A DNA stretch of 64,000 bases from Octopus sinensis (Eukaryota), in contig NW_021833418.1 of assembly GCF_006345805.1 (NCBI RefSeq), positions 23,445 to 87,444 of the forward strand. The letters run 5' to 3'. The notes beneath the pieces are model-generated. The model did no database searches. It worked only from the letters and a program-made list of their open reading frames with translations, and had not been told where the DNA came from. Below, piece after piece: positions 1-12,195 of this stretch. Both the position numbers and the translations under genes were made by a program. Positions within the stretch are counted from its first letter, which is position 1. Every line of letters starts with the position of its first letter.

Positions 1-49
1 TTAAATAATTTAAAAAAAAAATTTTATGCATTATTTTTTTAATTATAGC

Positions 50-270
50 GTGTGGTTTAGTGGTTATGCTAAAAAAACTTTCTTGTGAAAAGTTAAAACC
101 TTTGGTTATTGGAAAGCATAAATCACCCAGATGCCTTAAAATATAAGAACTGAGGATTGTGAAGTAATGGTTTTAAATTAATACAAATTATATACGATGC
201 GTCCAAAAATGCATGGATGAAAATAATATTTTCAACAATTGGTTTAAGATAAGACAGTTGATAAAATACA
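50..270 (+). mobile_element. Remnant of a pogo/Tigger (DDE_1) transposase
   Basis: Translates to KPLVIGKHKSPRCLK...SKNAWM, matching the KPVMIGKPKMPRCFK...SQKAWM segment of the pogo element at 52507-54323. Disrupted; boundaries approximate. Confidence 0.6.
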
Positions 271-1295
271 CAATTGATTTAAATGGTATTTTATTTAAAG
301 AAAAAGTTGAAAAAAATATAAATTATCATACCCTCTGTATTTGGCGGTGGATTTTTATTATGGCAGGAATTCAACTGTATTTGTGATAACCAAAAGCTTT
401 TATTTAAACGTCTACAATATCAAAAAATGTAACCGGTTCCCCATGCGTAATGCGCTGTCACATAATATACCACTAATTAATGTATTCGGCAAAAGTCGTT
501 TCAAGGTACTGAAATGCGTTTTTAGATTACTTTACTCAGTGTTTTTAACAAACATCTGAAAACCATTTTTTCAATGATTAGACTGACCGTAGTAAAGATT
601 TGGTTAAATTTATTGAAAATTGGGAATAAGAAAAAAAGTAATTAGCAGCACAAATCATTTTCGTCGCTGAGAGCATGATAGTTCTGGACTGATATTTGAA
701 TGGGAGAAATAAAGATCTGACTTAGAAAAAATCCAACCAAAACGGCCGAGCACAGATAATAGTTGAGAGACATGAATATTAACATTAAAATGTAATTTAT
801 TCCGAGTCGAATTGTGAGTATTGCGGATTTGCCCAAATGAGACAAGGATTTCAGTGTTTGCACATAGCGATAATTTATTTTACAGATTCTGCCGTATTTA
901 CATGTCACAATTTTTTCTAAAACATGCAGTAACTCTGATAACATTGTTAGAAACACCGTTGCGAAAATCGCGAGCCATAGGTCTTTAAATTAAATGCAGG
1001 AATAATACGTTTTTGTGATTGCAGAGTGAACCTTTGAAAAAATAAAGTAATTCCTTTCCAATTTGTATGGAATAACATGATTTTCAACAGAAAAATTAAT
1101 TGAATGTGACTCGATTAATTTTTTTAAGTAAAAAAATACTATTTAAATTATAAATAATTAAAATATTGTGAGATACAAATATGTCGCGTTCTATGCCTAT
1201 ATTGGCAAAATCCTTTGCCCTTATAATAAGTCAATAATGGGGAAACAGTTCAAAATGATGGGGTCCTTCAAGAATCTTAAAAATCCGACGTATTA

Positions 1296-1560
1296 AGAAT
1301 ATTCTCGATGATGAGGTCCTTAGAACTTTTCCGACAAAAAATTATTTTCGGCATTTTAGTTAAAATCAACAACAAAGATGTCCTCGATTCACAGATGAGA
1401 TGCTTAAAACCTTTTCCACAAAAAATTATTTTTTGCATTTTGGTTAAAATGAACAACGTGAATGTTCTCGACTCTGATGATGAGGTCAATTAAAACCTTT
1501 AAACAAAAAATTAAAGAATTATTTTCAATATGTTAATAAAAACGACAGCGAGAATATGAG
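1296..1560. repeat. Degenerate tandem repeat, ~93-bp unit, ~3 copies
   Basis: Recurring blocks ttctcga...gatgaggtc...aaaacctt...acaaaaaattatttt...ttaaaat.aacaac. Confidence 0.5.
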
Positions 1561-1689
1561 CAATGAGGTGCTCTTAATTATTCGTGATAAAAAAATCAAT
1601 TTTCCTAGGATTTTCACTTTACAATTAAATTTCACATATCTTTATTAACCATAAATCAAAATTAAAGATATTATTTGACCTTGACGGTG

Positions 1690-1970
1690 TTACCTGTGCG
1701 GACACATTTGCTCCAAAGTTATTCAGTCTGCGTCGTTTCCTGGCTTCGCGTCTCACCGGGCCGAGGAAACCAAACGAAGGAAATACGCACCCCTTCCTGA
1801 CGCGTACAACTTTGTCCCAATGGTGTGATTGGGCCGGCCAGGAAGAGGATTCTGTCTATAATTGGGAAACTGGTCGGAAAGAAAACCTTTGACCACCGGG
1901 AAACCAGCCGGCTGTACCAGAGAATATTCATAGCAATCTTAGCAGGTAATTCGCAATTTCAGCAGAGGAT
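1690..1970 (+). mobile_element. 3' fragment of a CRE-like RLE non-LTR retrotransposon
   Basis: VTCADTFAP...RAEETKRRKY...NFVPM...RETSRLYQRIFIAILAGN; same C-terminal endonuclease region as 8060-8892. Confidence 0.55.
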
Positions 1971-2235
1971 ATATAGGTAGGTGTGCTTGATTTCTTTGGT
2001 TTATTGTTTACATAATATGAGTTTATCTTTAGATGATTCTTGTGGCTGATTCCGGCGTAGAATTTCATTAGTTTACTCAATTCAGGTTGACTTTTCTCTT
2101 CTGAATTTGTGCAATGGTTGGCAGGTCTGAACTTTTTGAGAGGATTATTGGAATCATCTAATTAATTACTCTAATTAACTGTTGGTGATTCTTGGGTTAA
2201 ATAAAAAAGTAACAAGCCATAATAGTAAGGACAGA

Positions 2236-3010
2236 TTAGGGAGTGGCTGTGACCAACTGAGTGGTGGATATGCCCTCCTTGTCGATTATCTGCATGTAGA
2301 ATGACCCCAAATCGACAATGAATCGTTTTTGTATCTACAAATGTGGAGTACAACCAACACAGTCAACACACTTCTGGACGAGCTCGACTGCCTCCTCTCG
2401 ACTCATGTCTGGGCAATGACAGTAATCACTACCACCACGCAGGTTCTGGTCGAGCACTGGGAAGGTGAAGAAACTGCCATATCCATTCACAGCAAAGGGC
2501 ACTCTCACCATTGCCCCGTACATGTCAATACTGTAACACTCCCCACCATCTGTGAACCCCCCCACGATCATATTCACTTCGTAAGGTCTCTACAATTTAC
2601 AAATCAGAGTGGGCTGTCATGGAATATTCTAGAATGTTCTGGAATGTTCCAGAAAGTGCTATGTGAATACCCGTGTGCGTAGTGTCTCCGCGATCTCTCT
2701 TCTGATAAAGTTGGCAGTGGAGTGGACACTCATCTCAGTGCCTGGACAGTAATATTAGGGATGACCAGTGTGCATTTTCTTGAAAAGAATGTTCTTGGCG
2801 ATGTAGTCACAAAAGTAACGGACGTCCCCAGGCTGTCCATTTGCAGCCAAAACGACGTGGTCACTCAGTTTCATTATTTTTAGATTATCTGGAGTGGTTG
2901 TGAGGAGAGGACTTGCCATATTTAATAAACAGAACTCGGGCGTCCACTTTAGTATCAGCTGCAACCACAGTAAAGTTGTCCGTGCAAAACCCCAGAATAC
3001 AACCTGACAT
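2236..3010 (-). CDS. PSMB2: Proteasome subunit beta type-2 (beta4), 6 exons
   Basis: Spliced model MSGCILGFCTDNFTVVAADTKV...KIMKLSDHVVLAANGQPGDVRYFCDYIAKN...RPYEVNMIVGGF...PFAVNGYGSFFTFPVLD...MSREEAVELVQKC...IQKRFIVDLGSFYMQIIDKEG. Introns 28 nt (GC-AG, 2889-2916), 24, 81 (2590-2670), 24-27 and 24 nt. Confidence 0.95.
2621..2655. promoter_or_regulatory. Perfect 7-pentamer heat-shock element inside PSMB2 intron 3
   Basis: gGAAt-aTTCt-aGAAt-gTTCt-gGAAt-gTTCc-aGAAa: seven contiguous alternating nGAAn units, the HSF-binding consensus. Confidence 0.75.
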
Positions 3011-3119
3011 TGTCACGCAACTGCACTTATTTTATTTATTACTCTAATCAGCCATTTTTAATTTTATATAAATTAATTAATGGAATCTCTTGAAAATCAT
3101 TCGAAGTTAATTATTAACA

Positions 3120-4176
3120 CATCAACATTGCATTGTCCCAACAGACGAGCTCTCTCCATGCAAACCAACTCCACAATTAAAAACAACTTGCGACCCCGCC
3201 TCGTTCAGGCCGATATCTGTCCTATTAAAAATCTTTTAAAAAATTTGTCTTGAAATCAAAATACCCTTTCCTTACTCTATCAAATGCACAACAAGGTTTC
3301 CGACCACAGCACTTAATAACAACACACCTATCACAATAACAAGATTCATTGCAGACGTATTTAAGAACTAATTTCTTCCTCAACGAACAATCCTGGCATC
3401 AGTTGATATGCCAAAGCATTTGACCGGACTTTGATATGTTCTAAGCTCAAAAATCTACTCTGAAAATCTGGCTGTGTAGCTTCTTATCTGGTAGACTGGC
3501 TCGGGTCTAAAAACTCATGGTTTCTCTACTTACTTAATGGGGTACTTCAAGGCTCCTGTCTTTCTCCAGCCCTTTTCAACCTACACCTCAGTGATATGCC
3601 AACTAATCCAAAAACACTACTCCTCTCCTTTGCTGACGATATTGTGATTGCTTTCATACACAATATCATTAACAGAGCGATTAGTTCACTCCTAACTCAG
3701 CTAGACTTCTTTAGTTCATATGACTTCTTTGGCGTCCAAATCGTCTATCGCTGTTTTTACCTCTGACAAACGACAATTCAACCTAAACCCAGCCCTCTGT
3801 GTGGCCGGTGAAGAAATTCCTTCATTGGGAATCTTGCATCGTTCCGGTCGAAGACTATTTAGGGACGAGAGGACTACAATTCCTCCACGAATTACAAGAT
3901 CTCTATTTCAGAAAACAAAAGACATATTATCACTACTCTGGCCGATCAATATCTCTCAAAAATACTCTTAACGAACAAATAGAAAACTGGGAAAAAATAA
4001 TTAGTGATTACATCTCATCTCATGCTATTAAGATGCTCAAGAATAACAAACTTGTTGATTCTTCCCCGCCACTGGTCCATCCTCAGAGCAATCAATCGAC
4101 AGGTACCTCCGTATTTAACTTTGACAAATATTGCTCCTTCACCCCGGAGGATTGCTCAATTAAAGCACCAAAATAA
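3120..4176 (+). mobile_element. Decayed LINE (L2/CR1/jockey-type) reverse transcriptase
   Basis: Frameshifted RT motifs QQGFRP, VDMPKAFD, GVLQGSCLSPALFNL, SFADDIVI. Confidence 0.7.
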
Positions 4177-4376
4177 ATATGAACTCACAAAACTAGTATT
4201 GACCATATTTTCTTGACATAAACCCATCATAAAAATTCTGGTTTTGAATTAAAAATAATTTTTAAAGAATAAATTCTCTGCATTTTAAAAATAATTCTTT
4301 AAAAGAGCTGAAATTAAGAAAAAGTAAAAGAATTGCTCAATTAAAGCACCAAATTAAATATAAACTCACAAAACTA

Positions 4377-6085
4377 TACCTTTCCAAGTTCAAAGTGGGA
4401 TTTTCCAAATTCAATATGGGATTTCCAAGTTCAAGGATTTTCAAGTCGGTTATTGAATTCATTTATTAATTTAAAATCGCCTTACATTACAAAATGTACG
4501 TTAATAAAAAGAAAGAATTAGCTAAAAAAATAAAAAATTTGTTGACCGTTTACGAAAATGATGGGGATTGGAATCAAGTTGCATGTTCTCTCGGAATAAA
4601 AAGAACAACTGCATACAGGTGGATAAAAGAAGGCTTTAATGATGATTTAAGAGGTGGTTTTCGATATTCAAAAATTTCAAATACCGTACGAGATTATATG
4701 CAAGAAATGGTCGAGTCAAATCCGAAAATTACTTGCAAACAATTGGCTGCAGAGATCCAAGATAAGTACGGAATAAAAGTGTCAGGTGAGTGCGTTCGCC
4801 TGCATCTTGATTCGCTTATGTATACCATAAAAACATAAGATTCGAACCTGAAAAAAGCAACTCAATGGAGAACAAAGAGAAGCGCAAAAGATTTTGTGAA
4901 AAGCTGCTTGGTTATTAAGCAATGGAAATTCCGATTCTTTTTATGGACGAATCCAACTTTAATTTACACATATCAAGAAAACAAGAGAGGTCGAAAAAGG
5001 GGCAGCGATGTAATACACGTGCAGCTTCATCTAAAAAAGCTAACATTCATGTTATCGGTTGCATCGGTACAAAAGGGGTAATACACTTTGAAATACGAAG
5101 AGGATCCTTTAATAAACAAACTGCGTATGATTGGATTAAAGCATGCTTTAAAAAAGCATATGAAGTTTATCTAAGTCCAGTAGTTTTAATAATTGACAAT
5201 GCTCCATGTCATACAGACATTGAAAAAATACTTGAAGAAAATGAATTCACAGAAAACAAAATACTTCGACTTGCACCTTACAGTCCAATGTTAAATCCAA
5301 TCGAACAAATATGGTCTAAAATGAAAGCTTTTGTAAAAAGAAAAATGACTGAAAATCTTGGGAATATCTTAGATGGAAATGAACCTGACTTGTCAAAAAC
5401 AGAATTTCGGAAACAGAGATTGGAGGATTTAATTAAACAATCGACTATCTATCGACTTTCCCGTTTGAGTTCGGCAAGTCTCTGATATGGGATGTGACGT
5501 GTTCAGACACTTTCTCGGAGCTTAATCTTCCTTCTTCAGCTGTCGAGGCTGGCTCAGTCTCTCGCAAAACCGAGAAGATGAAGATCGGAAAGTACAAGGA
5601 GCTCTCTGAACGATATCTGTTCACTCCTATCGCCGTCGAGACTTCCGTCGTCATTCCTTTTTGAAAAAGCTTGGCCGCATGATTTCCCATAAACGGGGAG
5701 ACCCACGTAAGTCCAAGTGGCTTATCGAAAAGATTTTCTTGTCTATAGTACGTGGAAACTGTGTTTCCATTTACGAGGCCGGGAATTTAGTAAGTTAATA
5801 ACTATTTTATTCTCTTTTTTTTCTGGTATAAATGAAAATAGATATGATAATTAAACAATCTATGGACGAAGTTACTCCAAAGATTTGTGCTAAGTTAATA
5901 GCCAGAATCCAAGGACCATTGCCTTCTTTATTAAATTACAAAGACGTAACATTTTAATTTTTTTTTTTGATATAAATGAGTCATGATTTTTTTTCAAATA
6001 TTTCAAAATTAACTTGGAAATCCCATATTGAATTTGGAAATTCCCACTTTGAACTTGGAAATCCCATATTGAACTTGGAAAGGTA
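4377..6085 (+). mobile_element. IS630/Tc1-superfamily DNA transposon (DD35E) with TIRs and TA target duplication
   Basis: TIRs TACCTTTCCAAGTTCAA.../...TTGAACTTGGAAAGGTA built from ~20-bp internal repeats. Disrupted transposase at 4494-5440 with HTH, ILFMDESNF, LIIDNAPCH and LAPYSPMLNPIE (35 residues between D and E). A paralogous empty site at ~4150-4230 shows the TA duplication. Confidence 0.85.
5440..5790 (+). mobile_element. CRE-like RLE retroelement 3' fragment nested in the IS630-like element
   Basis: FPFEFGKSLIWDVTCSDTF...AVEAGS...KYKEL...FTPIAVETS...ISLSIVRGNCVSI; homologous to 8370-8730. Confidence 0.6.
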
Positions 6086-6619
6086 TAGTATTGTCCATAT
6101 TTTCTTAACATGAATCCGCCCCCTTGTCTGAAGACTAAGCTATGGATAATGGATCTGGACAGTCGTGAGTGTGATTCCGAAGGAGGCTAGTTTTCATCCG
6201 GGGGTCAATTCTCGTTATCGTTCCCCTGCCCGTGAGGCAACGAGTACTTCTGGCACGACACAGTTGAAAAATGGGGATCTCTTACCTTCCTTCCGGTCTT
6301 AGCGTGGCGTTATGGGGTCCACCATGTCAGTTGGAACTTCCAATCGGATATGGCAACGCTCAGGAGGCACTTAATGCCTACCGAAAAAGGACTTCTAGAT
6401 CTCAGACCCTGGGACATCGTCGTCTCAGGCCGTTCATGTGGGCAGGATCGAACCTTTCAGTAGTATCTCCCTCGCTTGAATCGGGAATCACGGGTATGTA
6501 TAAATTTTTATTAAAACTGATAAAATAATTAAATTTAAAGCAGCGTGATTTAATGCGTTAGGTGACACTTTCTATGGAAGAATTGGAAATTATCAGAGAA
6601 TTCAAGTCCAATGAAGAGG

Positions 6620-8060
6620 ACAAATTCAAGTCCAATGACGGGCCCCTTGGGTACAGGGACAAATAGAAAGGTGTTTTCTGCATTAATTAATTTTAGATTT
6701 AATAAGAGTGTAAAAGGTTGGATTTCCTCCACCAGTGAATCAAAAAATTGTTTTGGACGTTATGTCAATATTATCAAAGATATTGTCGAGGATTATAATT
6801 ACACTATTCACTCGACGACAAGGCAGATACCTTTCTTTCTGTTTATGGGAATCAAGAATTGCAATTCAGTCAGTGAAACACATCGAAAAGAGCTTATGGG
6901 GCATATAAGTCATATTATTTTTTATTGGTCATATTGATGTTATTTCTATAATTAATAAACTATTATTATATTTTTTAATAGTTTTATTAATTTTTTTAGG
7001 TCTTATAGGTCATATTTTATGCCGTTAGGTCATATTATTTTTTAGGTCATATTTTTTTTGTTAGGTCATATTTATATTTATTAAATCATATATTTTTATT
7101 AATCTTTGTTTAAATTTTGACAATAACACGTTTTCACACGTTTTGGTAGTTGGCCGCTTAAATATTATAGATTTTTACACGCCGAAACAAAAGCAATATA
7201 ACAATCAAAAGTTAAATAAAATAATTAAACGATACCCGTCTGAATTTCAGATTGATTCAGCTGGACGTTTATTTTGTTTGAAATGCTCAGTTTTTGTTAA
7301 TTTTACGAAAACGTTTAATGTGGTGCAGCACAGGGAAACTACCCGGCATAAAAAGGAACAGACAAAATTTCAAACGCAACTCTTCTGAAACTTGAAGCAA
7401 AGAAAAATTTAGGAATTTGCTTAGTCGAAATGATGACGAAGGGGAATATACCTCTTTATAAAATAAGAAATGAACACTTTATTAACTTTTTTAATAATCT
7501 CGGATTTACTGTTCCCAGCGAAAGTTGGTGCAGAAATATAGTTCCAGATTTGCAATATCAATTGATTGAAATGCTTAAAACAATTATTTCTGGAAAAGAT
7601 ATATTCATACTTGTTGATGAAACGGAAATCAATAAACAGAAATTTAATATTTTTAAGTTATATTTTAGAATTTTAAAGTCATATTTTTTACGGTCATATT
7701 TAACTTTTTTAAGGTCATATTTCTGGTTGCCCTAGTGATGATACAGAAAAAGAGGATTTGGAAATGACAGTGATGACGAACTTGAGAAAAAGAGAAAGGA
7801 AGCTTTCAAAAACATTGTCTCTTGCGGTATAAAAATGAATAAAAAAAGAAAATGGAAAAACGATGAAGATAGGCCATCAGAAGGCGATCTTGTACTTCTA
7901 CGTACAGATAATGACACCAATCGGCCAAGATATCCGTTATACGACGGAATTGATTCCAGCAAACACAAGATCATCAGTGTGAAAAACGATCAGTATTTTT
8001 TAAAGGGGGAAAATGGTGAGATTGTAGAAAATGTACACATCTCAAGACTTAAAACAATTA
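6620..8060 (+). mobile_element. Fragments of a Ginger-like integrase element, split by a hAT derivative
   Basis: RFNKSVKGWISST...YNYTIHSTT and KRKWKNDED..EGDLVLLR...RYPLYDGID...VHISRLK are homologous to the integrase in 61631-63568 (KRRRKWKFDED..GDNVLLR...KYPIYDQID...VHKSRIK). Confidence 0.6.
6896..7734 (+). mobile_element. Internally deleted hAT element with CGGBP1-like zinc finger
   Basis: Right end TGGTTGCCCTA, as in 8956-9692; subterminal ggtcatatt repeats; coding remnants GRLFCLKCSVFV...QHRETTRH and KGNIPLYKIRN...IFILVDET. Left end decayed. Confidence 0.65.
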
Positions 8061-8892
8061 AGAAATGCCTTTCCTCGTTTGGAGTACGCACTTCTCCCTG
8101 TATCCGATTCCCGGATGCAGTCGGAGAATTCGATTCGCTGCTCAGGAATACTCTCGTTCAAATCTCAAACGTACATTTTGACGAAATGGGCTGGAAACAG
8201 GCTATCCTGCCTATCAGGCACGGGGCCGCAAAGGTCTACACCCGCTCTCCTGCCGCAAATGCCCTGGGAGGTTCCCCAGGCACGGACAGCTTAATTCCAT
8301 AATAAAGCGTCTGCTCGAGGCAACCGGCATCCCGTGCCAGCTGGAGCCCTTTGGCCTTAACAGGGGCGATGGCATGAGGCCGGACGGCGTCTCGCTCTTC
8401 CCGTTCAAGTGCGGCAAAGCGATCGTCTGGGACGCGACATGCTCTGACACTTTTGCGTCAACATGCCTTCTCGCGTCCGCGATCGAAGCTGCCACAGCGG
8501 CGAGGAGGGCAGAGACCCGGAAGAAAGACAAGTACGCCTCGCTCGCCGACAGATTCCTCTTTGTGCCTGTTTCAGTCTAAACATCAGGCACATTCGGCCC
8601 AGCCACGCTACGTTTTCTCACCGAGAGAGGCCGTCACCTCGGGAGGATTAGATACGACCCCCGCGAGGTCAATCGGCTTTTTGAGCGCGTCTCAATAGCC
8701 GTACTCAGGGGAACAGTTTCTCTATTCTCTCTGCGGCTAGCAGCTGACTTCCTGTTCCATTTTCTTTTCTATTTCGAAAAAAAAATTAAAAACCAAAAAA
8801 AGAAAAATATAAAAAAATTAAAAAGAAAAAACAAAAAAATAAAGATAAAAAAAATAAAAAAACAAAAAAAGAAAAAAAAAGGAAATTAAAAA
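8060..8892 (+). mobile_element. CRE-like RLE non-LTR retrotransposon 3' portion with A-rich tail
   Basis: WKQAILPIRHG, RPDGVSLFPFKCGKAIVWDATCSDTF, AETRKKDKY, FVPVSV, followed by ~115 nt of A-rich tail (8778-8892). Confidence 0.7.
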
Positions 8893-8955
8893 GGTGCAGG
8901 AAATGTAGGTAGTGTAGGCTTATGTAATGTCAGGGAAAATAAGATTAGTCATCAG

Positions 8956-9692
8956 TAGGGCAACCAATTGCAATTTTTTGCAATTAAATATAATTTAATT
9001 AAAATTCGATAAATAATAAAGTAATGAATAGACATTAATTTTAATAATATTTTTATTCGATTTAAATTTGCAATTTTTTGCAATTTTTTGTAGTCATTTT
9101 ACAATTTTTTGCAATTTTTTTAAATTAAAAAAAAATTTTTTTATTAAAAAATAATATAATTATAAGTAAAAGATTATTAAAACGTGTTTTAGTTGTTTGT
9201 TGTAATGGGTAAAAGGACAGTGTCACAGAAAATTTCATTTTATGCAAAGAAATTCCCCGAGTTTGTTATTGACAGTGAAGGGAATTTATTTTGCTCCAAT
9301 TGCTCAACTGTTGTACGGTGTGACACAAAATTTTTTGTTGATGCGCACCGTTCTTCAAAAAAACATTTAAAAGCACACAGTATTTCTTTGAATTTAAATT
9401 TATAGAATGGACAAATTCATCTCAGAGTTCACAAACATTTCTTTCGGCGATAACGGATACTCGAAAGGATTGGGGGATCAAAGTAACACAAGCGTTTTTG
9501 GAGGCAAACATACCAATTTATAAAATCAGACATTTGATTATTTGATTTCCTATTACAATAAATAATTTCGTTAATTTTTTGCATAATGTAATGTTTACAA
9601 TTAAAAAAAATTATTTTTGCAATTTTTTACAATTTTTAAAATTCATTTTTGCAATTTTTTTTATTAAAAAGTGCAATTTTTTGGTTGCCCTA
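8956..9692 (+). mobile_element. Non-autonomous hAT element (TAGGG termini) with CGGBP1-like zinc-finger remnant
   Basis: TIRs TAGGGCAACCAA/TTGGTTGCCCTA, exact 8-bp TSD GTCATCAG (8948-8955 and 9693-9700), subterminal gcaattttt repeats, remnant GNLFCSNCSTVV...AHRSSKKH. Confidence 0.9.
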
Positions 9693-9782
9693 GTCATCAG
9701 TTGTCAGAAGATAATCAATCGACTCGTCTCGATGAAAACAAATTAAGTAAAGAGGTATTAATATTAGATTTATATTTAGTGT

Positions 9783-11882
9783 ATGGAAACGGATTACCTA
9801 TTGAGAAACAAAGAATATTTGGAAAATACACAGGTTTTAGATAATTTATGTAGCACGAAACGTAAAAATGTTAGTGTAGGAAATAATAATTTTAAACGAT
9901 ATAGTTTCGATGATATAAGTGTTAGTCTAGATCAGAGGTTTCCAAATGGGGAGGCGCGCCTCCCTAGGGAGGCGTTGACTCGTGTCAAGGGAGGCGCGAA
10001 AAGTATTTCAGAAACATTTTTTAGAAAATTATATCTATGTAAAAAACGTGACTATATTCCGATAATAAGAGTTATTAATTTAAAAATTATATTTTTTCAA
10101 AAATTTATTTAATTTATTAGACAATTAAATAATTTTAACACATGAATAAATTCTTGAGTGGTTGCAAAAGAAAATTCACGAATAATAAAGATTTTGACGA
10201 TGGTTCAAAAAATCAAAATGATTGGAATATAATCAATACCACTCCAAAGACAAGAAAATACTTTCCATCTTACTTATTGTTAGGATTCACACGTATCTTT
10301 GTTGATTCTATGGAAAAACCCCTCTGTTTGCTTTGCCTCAAAACACTTGCAGCAGATAGTATGAGGCCATGCAAATTAAGAAGACATTTTGAAACGATGC
10401 ATTCTGAACATGTCCATAAGTCTGAAGAATTTTTTAAAAGAAAATTAGAAGAGTTTGATAACCAAACGAAATCGTTAAAAAAACTTGTTTCTGTCTCTTC
10501 AAATGCTGTCTCTTCATAGCATCGTACAAAGTTTCTTACAGGATTGCAAAATGCAAGAAACCGCACAATATCGGAGAAACTCTAGTTTTGCCAGCAGCTA
10601 TCGATATGGTTGAAGCAATGTTTGGCGAATCCTATGCAAAACAATTACAGCAAATACCGCATGCTGATAACACAGTCGCAAGAAGAATTGATGACATATC
10701 TGAAGATCTTTGTGATCAGTTGGTTTCTCGACTACGTAACTGTAAATTTGCTATACAAGTTGATGAGGGAGCTGACATAAATAAAAATGCACATTTAATT
10801 GCATATGTCAGATATGCTGAAGAAAGTACAATAATAGAAGATCTATTATTCTGGATGATGACTTTATTGTCAAATTTGCCTATTTAGTTGACATTTTTGG
10901 GAAATTGAGTATATTGAATAATCAATGCAGGGACCACAACTACATTTATTCTCTCAAAAGGACAAAATAAAAGCATTTATGAAAAAATTGGTATTATGGA
11001 AATCAAATATACAAAAAAATATCTATGACATGTTTCCACTTTTAAACACCTTTTGCGCCATAGTGAACATTGAAGCAAACAAAGACATATTTGCTGAACA
11101 TTTGGATTGTTTGTTGAAGCATTTTGCTCACTATTTTAAAGATCTCGACTGTAAAATGTTCGAATGGATACAGAATCCATTTATTGATGAAGAAGATAAT
11201 CAATTTGCATTGACAACTTTTGAAAAAGAAAAATTGATAGAATTGTCATGCGATACATTATTGAAACAAAAATTTGAGAGAGAACCGCTAATTTCTTTTT
11301 GGTTGAATGTAAGAACTGAATATGAAATTTTGTCGAATAAAGCAATGAAGTTTTGTTGGCATTTGCTACTTCATATTTATGCGAAACTGGATTTTCTGCA
11401 CTAGCTGCAATTAAATCTAAATATCGAACTCGTTTAGTAGTGACTAATGAGCTAAGAGTAGCACTCTCTGCGATGACACCAAGATTTGAAAAACTTTGCG
11501 CCAAGATGGAAAAAAAATTATCTCATTAACTTTTTGTTTTAAAAAATTGTTTTTGATAAAATAATAATTGTATTATATTATGGAATATAAAAGGAGGCGC
11601 AAGATTGTACTTTTTCTCTAAGGGAGGCGCGTAAAAAAAAGCTTGGAAACCTCTGGTCTAGATAATAAATTTAAAATTAAAGTAAATAGTTCAAATGAGA
11701 CGTTTTCGATCTCAAATTTTAGACGAGAAAAGAATAGATTGCGAATGGCTATGAAAAGGGCATCCGAGTCACAAGATCAAAAGGAACATCGACAAGAATG
11801 CAACAGATTAAGAGCAACTATAAGAAGGAGGCAAGAGACCGATGATATGAGGAATTTCAGAAAAGAACAAGATAGGCGATAG
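9783..11882 (+). pseudogene. STPR-repeat-like ORF (Helitron-associated type) interrupted by a hAT element
   Basis: Removing 9933-11655 plus one TSD copy joins ...DDISVSLD|NKFK... in frame into ~122 aa ending RLRMAMKRASESQDQKEHRQECNRLRATIRRRQET. Confidence 0.45.
9933..11655 (+). mobile_element. hAT (Charlie/Buster, ZBED5-like) DNA transposon, decayed transposase
   Basis: TIRs CAGAGGTTTCCAA/TTGGAAACCTCTG, 8-bp TSD GTCTAGAT; BED finger (PLCLLC...LRRHFETMH), AIQVDEG, C-terminal YLCETGFS-like region broken by frameshifts. Confidence 0.95.
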
Positions 11883-11949
11883 AATAGGGTTACATTAAAC
11901 CAGGTAGTTTTATACATCTACATAAACTTATAGTTGTTTGATGAAACAG

Positions 11950-11991
11950 GCCCTCCGCAGGAGCTAGGTCGCGGTGAGCGAAGCGAGCTAG
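11950..11991 (+). mobile_element. Possible Helitron 3' terminus
   Basis: GC-rich short hairpin-like gtcgcggtgagcgaagcgag followed by CTAG|T, just downstream of the STPR-like ORF. Stem is weak. Confidence 0.35.
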
Positions 11992-11994
11992 TAT

Positions 11995-12195
11995 TTTATA
12001 ATTACTTAAAAGGTTCGCATTCAAAAGATTATGGGACGAATCCTTCCTTGAGATTAACAGGTTTGAACATCCATACGGGGATCCATTCACTATTGTTGCA
12101 AAATTGTCTAACAACTTTGTCAATGTGGAAAATAGTGATGGATCAGTAATGAAAGTACATGCCAAACGACTCAAGAAGTTAGATAACAGTCAAAA
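11995..12195 (+). mobile_element. Integrase C-terminal (GPY/F-like) fragment
   Basis: HPYGDPFTIVAKLSNNFVNVENSDGSVMKVHAKRLKK. Confidence 0.45.

Noticed and set aside
2236-3010. PSMB2 as another example of the G-to-C skew
   Set aside because: Its 5' introns are C-rich and its 3' introns G/T-rich, so it does not fit; recorded as a counter-example.
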